Below, piece by piece: positions 52,320 to 64,000 of a DNA stretch of 64,000 bases. The notes under the pieces are model-generated. The model did no database searches. It saw only the letters and a program-made list of their open reading frames with translations, and had not been told where the DNA came from. The stretch lies in the NCBI RefSeq assembly GCF_009914755.1, contig NC_060925.1, one strand, 5' to 3'. Within the stretch, counting starts at the first letter, position 1; every line of letters starts with the position of its first letter. Made by a program: the position numbers and the translations under genes. This stretch comes from the human T2T-CHM13v2.0 reference genome, Homo sapiens.

Positions 52320-52955
52320 TGTTATTGGAAAGGGATCCTGATCCTGACCCCCAAAAAAGGTTCTTGGACCTCACGCAAAAAAGAATTTGGGGGCGAGTCC
52401 ATAGAGTAAAGTCAAAGCAAATTTATTAAGAAAGTAAAGGAATAAAAGAATGGCTACTCCATAAGCCAGGCAGTGACATGGGCTGCTTGACTGAATACAC
52501 GTATAGTTACTCCTTAATTATATGGTAAACAAAGGGTGGATTATTTCTGAGTTTTCTGGGAGAGGGGTGAGCAATTCCTGGAACTGAGGGTTTCTCCCTT
52601 TTTTAGACCATAGAGGGTAACTTCCTGACATTGTCCTGGTGTTTGCAAACCGTCATGGCACTGGTGGGAGTGTCTCTTAGCCTGCTACTGCATTATAATT
52701 TGCGTATAATGAGCAGTGAGGATGACCAGAGGTCACTCTCATGGCCATCTTGGGTTTGGTGGGATTTGGCCGGCTTCTTTACTGCAACCTGTTTTATGAG
52801 CAAGGTCTTTGGGACCTGTATCTTGTGTTGACCTTCTATCTCATCCTGTGACTAAGAATGCCTAAGCTTCTGTAAATGTAGCCCAGCAGGACTCAGCCTT
52901 ATTTTACCCAGCCCCTATTCAAGATGGATTTGCTCTGGTTCAAATGCCTCTGACA
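52320..52955 (-). mobile_element. MER41B solo LTR (ERV1)
   Basis: Reverse complement starts tgtcagaggcatttgaaccagagc; 636 bp; TG..CA ends; 4-bp TSD tctt/cctt. Confidence 0.85.
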
Positions 52956-53461
52956 CCTTGATCTCTTCATTATCTCAAATTTTGTCAGCCCTCTCCTCTA
53001 CTTTCTTCCCTTCCTATTGACCTAGACCCCAGGTTATTCATCTGAGATAATATCTCACCAGCATTTTCTTGGCCTTACACCCTATCTGCTCACTGCATCT
53101 GATTGCAGAACCCCAACCCTTCTGTTAGCAGAGCCCTTAGCCTAGACTCCTAATCCCTTTACATGCCTTTGCTCTACTTCCTGTCTCATTTTCTCCAGTG
53201 ACTATTCCAGACTTCTGCCCCTTTCACTCTTCACTGATATCCTGTCCTCCTACATGATGAAAAACCTGGAGCCTCAAGGGGAATTCTTCAACACATCATA
53301 CCTTTCAAAATTATCTCTGGCCGTACCTATTCTTCTTTTCTTTTTGTTTCAGAGGTTAAAGTATCAAACCTTCCATTGGTGACCTTATGCTCAACTCCTT
53401 CCATCTTCTCCAGGATCTTGCTGTCTCAGCTCTTCCACTGTCTCCTTATTTTCTTTCTCTA

Positions 53462-53581
53462 TTTTTAGACACAGGGTCTCACTGTGTCACCCTGACTGGA
53501 GTGCAGTGGTGCAATCATAGCTCACTCCCCCAGCGTCGAACAGGCTAGCTGGAACTACAGGCAGGAGCCACCATGCCCAGC
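53462..53581 (-). mobile_element. Alu monomer fragment
   Basis: agggtctcactgtgtcacc...ggagtgcagtgg...ccaccatgcccagc. Confidence 0.7.
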
Positions 53582-54807
53582 TTAAAACTCTTATTTTCAA
53601 ACTATAATGCTCAAGTCTCTGTCGATATGAGTAACCCTTCCTTTGACCTACATTTTCCTCCTAACAATCACACTATACATTTTCTTTCCTTCTTATTTTA
53701 ACTTCCGAGAAGAGTACTCTGCATTCACTGCCTCCAGTTCCTTGATGTTATTCATTCCCTCCATAATTCTCTCTAATGTAGCTTCTTCCCTATCTACTCT
53801 GTGGAATCAGAAAGCCTCAGGACATTCAGCCTTACTGATCTCACCCACCCTGAAACTATTCGCCTGGTTTCTGGGAAGCCAGAGTTGTCTCCCAGTATCT
53901 TACTGTTGGTTCTTTTTTCTTGTGATTCTTCTTTTCATGCCTTCTCTTAATGGTGGCATTCTCTAGCATCAGGTCCTTAGCCAACTTTTCTTCTTACATT
54001 CTATCCTCTTCTTGGGTGATAGTTGTATTCTTCAATACACTGATACCTATGTACTAATGAAACCCAAGCTATCTTGAATTTGGGACTTCTTCTTGCTCAA
54101 TATCTGCACTTGGATATCTCATAGTCCCTCAGACTCATATGATCATATCTGAGCTTAACTTCCCCCACTTTAAAATATATACCTTCTATAGCATTTTGTA
54201 TTTTGCTTGGTGGCACTATGGTCCATCCATCACTCTAGCTGGAAACCTGTCACCTCACATGATTCTCTTTTCTTCCTTGATTCCCACAAACCAGTAATCA
54301 CCAAATTTGTCCATATTGCCTCATAACCACTCATGGCATCTGTCCTGTCTTCTTTATCTCTATTCCTTTCACTCTCCTGGCCCTTATCTCCAACTGCCCT
54401 CTTGCCTCAATATTATCCCTGTCAAAACGATTGTTCATTAATCTTCCAGGGTATTCTCCTGAAGATGACATCCAAACATCTCAATACTTTTCACAGTTCT
54501 CTGTCCCCTCCCCACAGCACTTCCATGATCTGGCGCCCAGCATACTCCTCACCTCATCCCCTTCAGTGCCCTTCACTGCCTTGTACTTAGCTTCCTGTAA
54601 ATCTGAACTGCTTGCTGCTTCCTTGAAACCCCCATGCTGGAACTTTGTACATATTTTGAGCCTGAAATACCCTCCCCATTCTTCCTCTTCTTTCTGTCCC
54701 CCAACCTCCAGAAATCTTTAAGGATCAGATGGTACCTACTCCAGGGAATTTTCCTGACCACTCCTCAGCACCTTTCTTCCAAGATAGGTTAGATACCCTT
54801 TTCATGC

Positions 54808-55182
54808 TGTATTAGTCCATTCTCCCGCTGCTACAAGGACATACCCAAGACTGGGTAATTTATAAAGGAAAGAGGTTTAATTGACTCACAGTTCTGCAGG
54901 GCTGCAAAGGGTTCAGGAAACATACCATCGTGGTGGAAGGGGAAGCAAACACGTCCTTCTTCACTTGGTGGCAGGAAAGAGAAGAATGAGAAAACTGAGG
55001 GAAAAGGCCTTTATGAAACCATCAAATCTCATGAGAACTCATGCACTATCCCAAGAACAGCATGAGGGTAACTGCCCCCATGATTCAATTATCTCCCACA
55101 GGGTCCCTCCTATGACATGTGAGGATTATGGGAGCTACAATTCAAGATGAGATTTGGGTGGGGACACAGCCAAACCATATCA
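54808..55182 (-). mobile_element. THE1 solo LTR (THE1C-like)
   Basis: 375 bp, tgtattagtcc...ccaaaccatatca; perfect 5-bp TSD catgc. Confidence 0.9.
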
Positions 55183-55359
55183 CATGCCTCAATTTTTATT
55201 TATTGCATCTTAATTATGTTGAAAGATGTGTCTTTATAAGACACTAAGATTGGTGAGGGTTACCAATACATGCAACATTCACTTTCTGATTACTCCATTA
55301 TTTGGGCAAAACTACAGAAATAATTCCAGAAGAAACTCTACAGCAGCCATCTGAATATG

Positions 55360-56580
55360 TATTTACTTAGCAAATACTTATTGATGAATTACTAAATTTA
55401 AGACACTGTACTAGGTGCTAGGAATTTAAAGATGAATAAGACTAGGTTGTCGACCTCATATGTAATGAAGGAGAAAACAAATGAATGAATTCCCACAGAG
55501 GGTGATAAGTGCCATGATACAGATGTAAGAGAGGGGTATGACAGGAGTGCTTAGAACATCTTAGGATAGGATTGTAGGGGTGGGTGGGGGGAACTGAGGA
55601 AGGCTTCCTGAAGATGTCACAAATGCCGAGTTTTGAAGAATTGGTAAAACTTAGTCAGGCAAAACAACTGAGAGGTAGCAGAGTGGATAAATAGACACAA
55701 TACAGAAGTGGTATTCACAAAGATATGGAAGAGAAAGAGAAGATGGTGAGTTCTCAAAATTGCAAATGGTTCAATATAATTGGAGAACTGAGTGAGAGAA
55801 GAGTTGGGAAAGATGAGGCTAGACAATCCAAGCATGAAAAGACCTGCATACCATGCTAAAGAGTTGGGATTTTAACCTGAAAGCTATCGGAAGCCATCGA
55901 ATGCTTTAAACAAGAGAGTAAAAAAATGTTTTTGACAGCAGATCACCCTAACAGCAGAGCGGAGAATGGATTGGGGAAGGGCAAGCTCAAAGGAGGGAGA
56001 CCAATTGATGAAGATATGACAATACTACTTTAGAAGAGAAATGATGAGCGCTTGGGCTTAACCAGTGGAAGTAGGGACAGAGAGAGAACAGATATTCTTG
56101 CACAACTTACAAGAATTGGTGGCCTAGTGGATGAGAAGAATAAAGGAGAGGGAGGAATCTGTTTCTTTTTTTTTTATCCTTAACATATTTATTGCGTACC
56201 TATTTTAGACCAAAAACAGATTCCTCCCTCTCCTTTATTCTTCTCATCCAGTAGGCCACCAATTCTTGTAAGTTGTGCAAGAATATCTGTTCTCTCTCTG
56301 TCCCTACTTCCACTGGTTAAGCCCAAGCGCTCACCATTTCTCTTCTAAAGTAGTATTGTCATATCTTCCTCAATTGGTCTCCCTCCTTTGAGCTTGCCCT
56401 TGACCATTTGACAGGATGGTCAGGAGAGACTGCTCTGAAGAGACAACATTTGAGCAGAGATATGAATGTGGTGAAGATCAAATCATACAAATATCTAGAG
56501 GAAGAATGTTTGAGAACAGGTGACTGTCAGGCTTCTGGCTGGGAGGACAGTTTACATGGCACTATTTACTATAATAGAAT
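55360..56580 (-). mobile_element. Degraded L2 fragments (host of the inverted duplication)
   Basis: Reverse L2 tail caaatacttattga...ctaggtgctagg...gatgaataagac and downstream L2-like purine-rich sequence. Confidence 0.65.
55977..56401. repeat. Long inverted repeat: 188-bp arms (55977-56164 / 56214-56401), 49-nt spacer
   Basis: Arms are reverse complements with no indels and 3 mismatches on manual comparison. Confidence 0.95.
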
Positions 56581-57244
56581 ATAAGTGAGTAAGGGAGCAC
56601 TTTGCTCACTTGCTTCAAGGGAGCAAAAGAATTCTAATGTAACCTTTGCCAACTTATTTGTTGGCCATGTGGTCTTGGGCATGTTACTGAAGTTATTTGA
56701 ACCTCAATAACCTCCTTTATGAATGGAAATAGCACTAACTTTCTTATCTCACAGGATTTTTGTGATGGTCAAATAAGCTGAGATGGTGAAGGTGCTCTGG
56801 AAATTGTAAAATGCTATACAAATGGAAAGTATTATTATTTGCTTACAGTCATTTAAGCTTTCCTGAAGAATGGACTTTTAAAGAAGACTTTGATTTCCGT
56901 GTGCTGTCAAAATCCATGAAAATAATAAATACCCCAACACCAGAGAAAAGGAAAGGCACTCATATTTTCCTCTGGGAACCAATTATGATGATGCCAACAT
57001 TCCCTTTGTTCAAGCATTAGGATCTGTCAATCAGGTTGTGAAGTTTGTGTTAGGTTTTAAATGAGATAGTAATATTTTTTTATATAAAGACTGGACATCG
57101 TCTTCTTTTTGACAAGAAAAATATGCCCTTCAACTAGCATGATTTAATCAAATATAATACCTTTTGCGGGGAGTAACCTCAAGAGCAAAGTTGAGTTACG
57201 CACATTTTCACAATCTCCTTCTCTTAATTCACGCCATTCCATTT

Positions 57245-57303
57245 ACACACACATACACATGCGTGCACACGCGCGCACACACACACACACACTCACACAC
57301 ACA
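57245..57303. repeat. (CA)/(CG) alternating purine-pyrimidine tract
   Basis: acacacacatacacatgcgtgcacacgcgcgcacacacacacacac. Confidence 0.85.
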
Positions 57304-58239
57304 GAGCCATTCTTTGGGTTTAAAGCAATTTTTTGTTGTTTATATGTTTTTTTCAAAATGCATATTTGTAAATATTTGTAAGTTACGTAATGGTATTGTA
57401 GGGGCATTAAGTTCCTACTCTCCATCGTGTTCCACAGGTTTGGTACTCAGTCATTGTGAACACTTAGATTATCTAGAAGGTTTTACTTTTCTGATTAACC
57501 AGTGCAATCTGATCTTTGCTCTGAACAACATCTACTTTGCAATAGTCAGGAGTTTGTCTTTGAGCCCAGTTCTGGGCTTCCTGGAATTTGGTTGGTAATG
57601 TATTCGTCTGAGAAGAAGTCAGGAAGTCAGTTGAGTAGTAATGACAACCTCAGCAAACAGTGGTCATTGATCTGTTCATCTAGATGAGCTTTTCAACTAC
57701 TTCCTCACTTGGGCCACACTCCTAAATCTAGAAGCTGAAGAGGTTTCTCAAGTGAGGTAGTGTAATCATGTTTTCCTGAGCAGCCACTGCCATTGTAGAG
57801 TCATCTCAATAGACTGAGAATTGGGTCCATTCCATCTCTAGACTCAACATGTTTCTATTTTTGTAATTTCCTATAATGAATCTTAAGTTGAGCCAGATAA
57901 AGCTGCATTTATACAATACATAATTGGCCAGCTGTTAAATTGGGAGCCAATAGCTCCCAAGAAGACAGGAAAAAAATCCTCTCAAAAAAATTTCCATTCA
58001 GAAGTGATTACCATTCTGTTTGTAATTTTGTATGGTAATTTCACAAATGGAGTTCTGTACTAGCAAGAAAATAAACATCTGCAATTAATTATGCCATGTA
58101 AAGCATGTTGCCTGTTGCAAGACATAAGCTGAACCTTCAAACCCTTTGATAGCTTGACAGTTTCCAAGAGATATGCAACTAACTACTCAGCATTACTTTT
58201 TATTATTTACCCAACTCAGAGGCAGATTATCATATTAGA

Positions 58240-58475
58240 AAGAGTATAGTTGCCCTTGGTAAGGTTGCTGTGGAGACAGAACTGGTTTCTGTCCTAGCAC
58301 TCACTAACCCTGTGACCATTGAACACTTTACCATTAGTTCTTCTTACCTCAGTTTCCCCATCTTTAAATGGTAATGAATATACCTACATGATAGTCTTAT
58401 AAAAATTACTTAAGTTAACTCACGTAAAGTGCCTTGTTTAATGCCTGACACAAAGTACTCAATAAATGTTGGCTC
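58240..58475 (+). mobile_element. MIR / L2 tail
   Basis: cctcagtttccccatctttaaatgg...actcaataaatgtt. Confidence 0.6.
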
Positions 58476-58618
58476 CTTTTCTTGTTCCCCTAAGAAAGAT
58501 ACTGAAAAAATTTAAAGGAAAAAAAAAAAAGAAAGAACTTGAATACAAAGGAGAAGAGATGAAACTATCATAGATTAGTTTGTGCACTGGTTTAAGCTTC
58601 CTGTTCCTGCATCTAGAG

Positions 58619-58953
58619 CAGGGATTAGCAAACTGTAGCCCAAGGCCAGATCCAATGAGTCACCTGTTTTTATAACATCTGCAAACTAAGAATGGTTTTT
58701 ACATTGTTCAATGACTGAAACAAAAGTTTTAAAAAAGAATAATATCTTATGACCCATAAAATTGATATGAAATTTAAATTTCACTGGTCATGAATAGAGC
58801 TGTAAGGGAATCACAGCCATACTTATTTGTGTTATCTATGATTGTTTTCATGCTACAGTGGCAGAGTTGAGTAGTTCTGACAACAGAGACTTTATGGCAA
58901 AATCTACAATATTTGTTATCTTATTCTTTATGGAAAAATTTTGCCAAGGTCTG
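58619..58953. mobile_element. MER58B
   Basis: cagggattagcaaactgtagccc...gctacagtggcagagttgagtagtt...aattttgcca. Confidence 0.75.
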
Positions 58954-59680
58954 ATGTAGAATTTTCTATTGCACCCTCCCTTGCCCCTTGGGAATGGGCA
59001 CAATATGGATCAATAAGAGGCAGTAATACAGAGTTAGGGCCACTTTTTAAAAATGCCTTACCTGAGGCATTCTGAAATTTCTTTCCTCTTATATCATAAA
59101 GGAGAAAAGAGAAATGCCTTATTCCTTGTTTCCTGCCCTCATTCCCCACCAACTACCTCACCGTCACCGGGAGAAAATATCGAGGGACTCTGCTGACTCA
59201 GTAGCCCTGCTTCTTTAGCAATCACACAGTTCCCCTGGGATGCTTCCCGTCTGCAGCATTGCCTTCCATTCAGTGAACAACCCCTATCGTGTAACACATG
59301 CCCCCTGAAAAAAGTCACCCCTTTACCTTCTACCTGATGACTCTGCTTCTCTCCCTGCATCACGCTCATTAATTCATGGAACAACAGGAGAAAAGTCTGA
59401 GATGAAGCATGTGGTAATTCAGCCAGGGACTTTTGATAGGGGACTCTATCAAAAAGTTTTTTTTTTTTTTCTGTTTTGAAGAAACTGTCAGAAAATGTTT
59501 CTCTTTAAAATTGCTATCATTTCAGGGGGATCAGGGAAAAAGTCAGAATGAACTTCCCAGAATCAATACATTTCTATTCTGTGTGACTCCGGGAAGTGGT
59601 TATTGTTAATCAGGTATTTGTCCCTTAAGGATATTCAAACAATTATTTATTGGGAGCCTTCTATATTCAAAGAACCGTTG

Positions 59681-60054
59681 TGTATTAATCCATTTTCACA
59701 CTGCTATAAAGATACGATCTGAGACTCAATAATTTGTAAAGGAAAGAGGTTAATTGACTCACAGTTCCACATGGCTGGGGAGGCTTCAGGAAACTTACAA
59801 TCATGGCGGAAGGTGAAAGGGAAGCAAGGACCTTCTTCACATGATGGCAGGAGAGAGAAAAGTGAGCAAAAGAGGAACTTGCCAAACACTTATAAAATCA
59901 TCAGATCTCATGAGAACTCACTCACTAACACAAGAACAACACGGGAGAAGCCGCCCCCATGAACCAATCACCTCCCACTAGGTTCCTTCCTCAATACTTG
60001 GGGATTACAATTCAAGATGAGATTTGGGTGGGGACACAAAGCCTAACCATATCA
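59681..60054 (-). mobile_element. THE1 solo LTR (THE1D-like)
   Basis: tgtattaatcc...gcctaaccatatca; 374 bp. Confidence 0.88.
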
Positions 60055-61225
60055 CATGGTATCTACATTTTATCTTGTTATTAATGAACATCATGGGCCC
60101 ACATTGTACACGAAACTGTGAGTCTGGTGCCACTCTGCTATGGGTGGTGTTTACAGGTGGGGCTCACTAAGGTGTCCTGGCCAAGAGGACAGTCTCCTTC
60201 CTTCCCAACCTCACCCCTGCCATCCTGAGAAGGGAGCATAGTGTGGTGGACCTGGGCTCAAGTCCAAACACCAAACTGATATCTCAATGCACTGGAAAGT
60301 ATATGAAAAAACGCTCTTCACTCTTAAAGTGCTATCGAAATGCTGGTTAATATTATCATGATAGATTTCTCACAAAATGTTTGATTTTTTATGCATGCTG
60401 GTTAGAGTAAGATACTTCTAATAACAGAATGAAAAAGCAATTTTTCAAAGGATATGCAGCTGAATATGAACATGAAATACTGGAAAGCAGGCCATCTTTC
60501 ATTTTCCAAATTGACATCAATTATATGAGCCTTTCTACTTGAAAGAAGTTTTATTTAAAGGCACAGTTCACTCATTTGTAATTCATTTAATTATGTGGGC
60601 TCCTATCATTATTTTTTATAGGAAAATAGAGTAATTACATCTAAAGGGCAAATATCCTTAAGAAACTGAAATTTTTAAAATGGGAAGTATGAACACAATT
60701 CCACATGCTGAGAAATTTAAGTAAAAAGGTTGTTAGATTTGCTCATAATCAGTTAATAGGGTATTAAATGGCTCTTTTCCTGCTGTCTTAGAATTTCAGC
60801 TAATGCCATTCTAAAGAGAGGTATAGTAGACCATCCTCAAGAATTACTGGAGAGGATTGCTCTAGACCCATGACCTTTACACCATCATCCCTTGCCAGCA
60901 AATGTGAATATGATACAACCAGCAATTCAAAAATAATTGAAAAGAGGGATTAAGGTACCTGGTTGTGGGCCAATGGGGGAATGCAGGGTTATTTTGTCTG
61001 CCTTCCCCAAAATGGGAGTGGCGGTTGGGGCGAGAGCTTCTGGTGCTACAAAGCAAGTGCTGATAGGTCCAGGAAGATCTACTCCAGAAGAGCCTAAAGT
61101 GGGGAAACGCATCTAGCTCCCCAGTAGCTAGTTGCTGAGGCTCAGAACTCACAGGCTCACCTTGGGCAAGCTTGACATGTGACACATGTACGCGATGACC
61201 ACTACTCGCTTCCTCATGGAGAATT

Positions 61226-62215
<990 letters not shown>

Positions 62216-63779
62216 TGGCTGGAGGAACCCGCCACAGAGTGGCAAGGCTGCATTCACACTGATACTGTCCAGCATCCTGTGAATTCCCTTTGGGCCACAG
62301 AAGGTAGCTTCGCTGGAGCCATCCTAATGGGAATTGGCCCAAGAAGATTTGCTGTTGGGGCGAGGTGACAAGATAAGACAGGGTAAAAGAAAATAATGCC
62401 CTTCCTGGTTTGTACTACATCCAGTTCAGTTCATTCAGCCAAGCAGCTATGGTGACAAAGTATGTCACTGGCAAACCTGTAAATGAGTCATCAGTTAGAA
62501 CTTAACTACTTCTCATCTGGGACATTTAAGCATTTTCAAAAGCCTAAATACTGACTTTTGATTTATGTTACTAAATTGAGACTCCTTTTATGAACTTTGC
62601 ATTTGATAGAAGGATAACTACTTACAAAGTAGATTTAAATTAGTTCAAAAAACTGTTTTAAATATTTTAGAAGTATTCTTTCACATAGAGATAATACTAC
62701 CTGCTCTTCCATTTAGTAAAGCTTTCTATCTAGCAGTGAATTTGGTTATTTTGCATTATTTTTTATTAAATTTTTAAAAATCAAATTTTTTCAGGTGATT
62801 GTTCTCACTCATCAAGGTATTTTAACAAATTTTATTTAAATAATTGATTTTTAATTGTAGTGTCTATTTCAAAAAATATGAGAGCTATTCCTGCAAACTG
62901 GTAGCCTGTTAGCCAAATGCAGCTACAAAATGTGTTTGGGGGATCACTTATTTTTTTGATCTTTGCTTGTTGTGGTGAACCTGCCTTTCCTGTTGTGCAT
63001 GTTGGCTGGCTCTGGGCCCGGGCTCCCCCTTTTCACAGGCATGCACTCTCAGTTCACCACAGCCCCCCTTCTCCCTGTGGTGTCATACCCAACCCCTTCT
63101 CCCAGCTAGTTTACCTGCCTGGCTGCTGCAGACTTTGAGTTTGTGACCCTCAACTGATGGACACTCTCACCTCTGTTCTTGTAGTTCACTGATGTATCTA
63201 TCCCCTAGGGCAGTGTTGGGCGTACAGCTGGCACTCATAAATGTTGTTGACTCACTGACTGAGGACCCACTGAGTAAGCCCTAAAAACTCTACTTCCTTC
63301 ATAGGCTTTGCTGCCCCTGGCAACTTTCCTACCTTGAGTATTTCCCTTTTGGAGTACACTTAGAGTCAACTGTCCTCTCTCCTTAACTCCCTTATGAGCC
63401 CTAGACATTCTTTGATATGAAAAACTAATTTTTTTAGCAATCTTAGACACAGCAGAACTTTTCAAACATATTACAAGCCTAAGCCTTTCCAATACAAAAT
63501 TTTATAGCCAGCAACCTTCAAAGAATCCAGAAATCAAGATCTCTCACCACCCACCAGCCTGTTCTGATTTTGGTTCTTCCTCCTCATCTAGGTGCATTGC
63601 TGCTCAGAAAGTATGATGAATTATGAGAGTGCTTATTCATGTATGTCTACCCCAACCAGGGACCACTGCGATAGGCTGTGCAGGCTGTGCCCCCCACAGC
63701 TCTGGGACGCCATCCACAAAGGCTGCACAGTTGCCCTGCATGACCCCTGCCCCAGCTGCAGGTATAGGGGAAGGACAAT

Positions 63780-63950
63780 ATCTAAGATTTTAAGAATGGA
63801 AGAAACTATTTAGGTCATAGTCAACCCTTGATTTCATAAGTGGAGACACTGTAGCTCAGCAAGATTAAGTGACTTTTCTAAAGTCATATATTTAGCAACA
63901 GAACACAGCCAGAATCTAGGTCTCCTGACCTCACGTCCACAGTATATTCT
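63780..63950 (-). mobile_element. MIR
   Basis: aagattaagtgactt...gccagaatctaggtctcctgac. Confidence 0.55.
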
Positions 63951-64000
63951 AAGTCAACTTTACCAGTCGGCCCTGTCCTGCTCCATCCACTTTATGGCAG

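Noticed and set aside
59526-59613. Possible cryptic exon (ttcag|...cag|gtattt, 88 nt) in intron 8
   Set aside because: Frameshifting length, modest splice signals and no WD-like peptide; no support without RNA data.

Overview
Primate (almost certainly human) genomic DNA, repeat-rich and with no prokaryotic features. The window holds the promoter and first eight coding exons (+ strand) of a WD40-repeat gene recognised from its sequence as WDR64. The exons are 7957-8101, 16012-16142, 26556-26658, 30126-30229, 34184-34213 (30-nt microexon), 35482-35592, 39484-39698 and 43458-43592. All are GT-AG bounded and phase-compatible, giving 974 coding nt (324 codons + 2 nt); intron 8 runs past the window end. 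The rest is Alu, L1, L2, MIR, LTR (MaLR, MER41B) and DNA-transposon relics plus microsatellites. Nearly all ORFs in the supplied track are spurious. The most unusual structure is a near-perfect inverted duplication at 55977-56401 (188-bp arms, 3 mismatches, 49-nt spacer) inside very old L2 sequence in intron 8. Also notable are a ~1-kb polypyrimidine tract built on a mirror-symmetric 19-mer, a duplicated 5' splice site after exon 4, overlapping uATGs, and a degenerate EF-hand in exon 2. I found no convincing new multi-gene system. Repeat subfamily names are from recall of consensus sequences and need RepeatMasker/Dfam confirmation.
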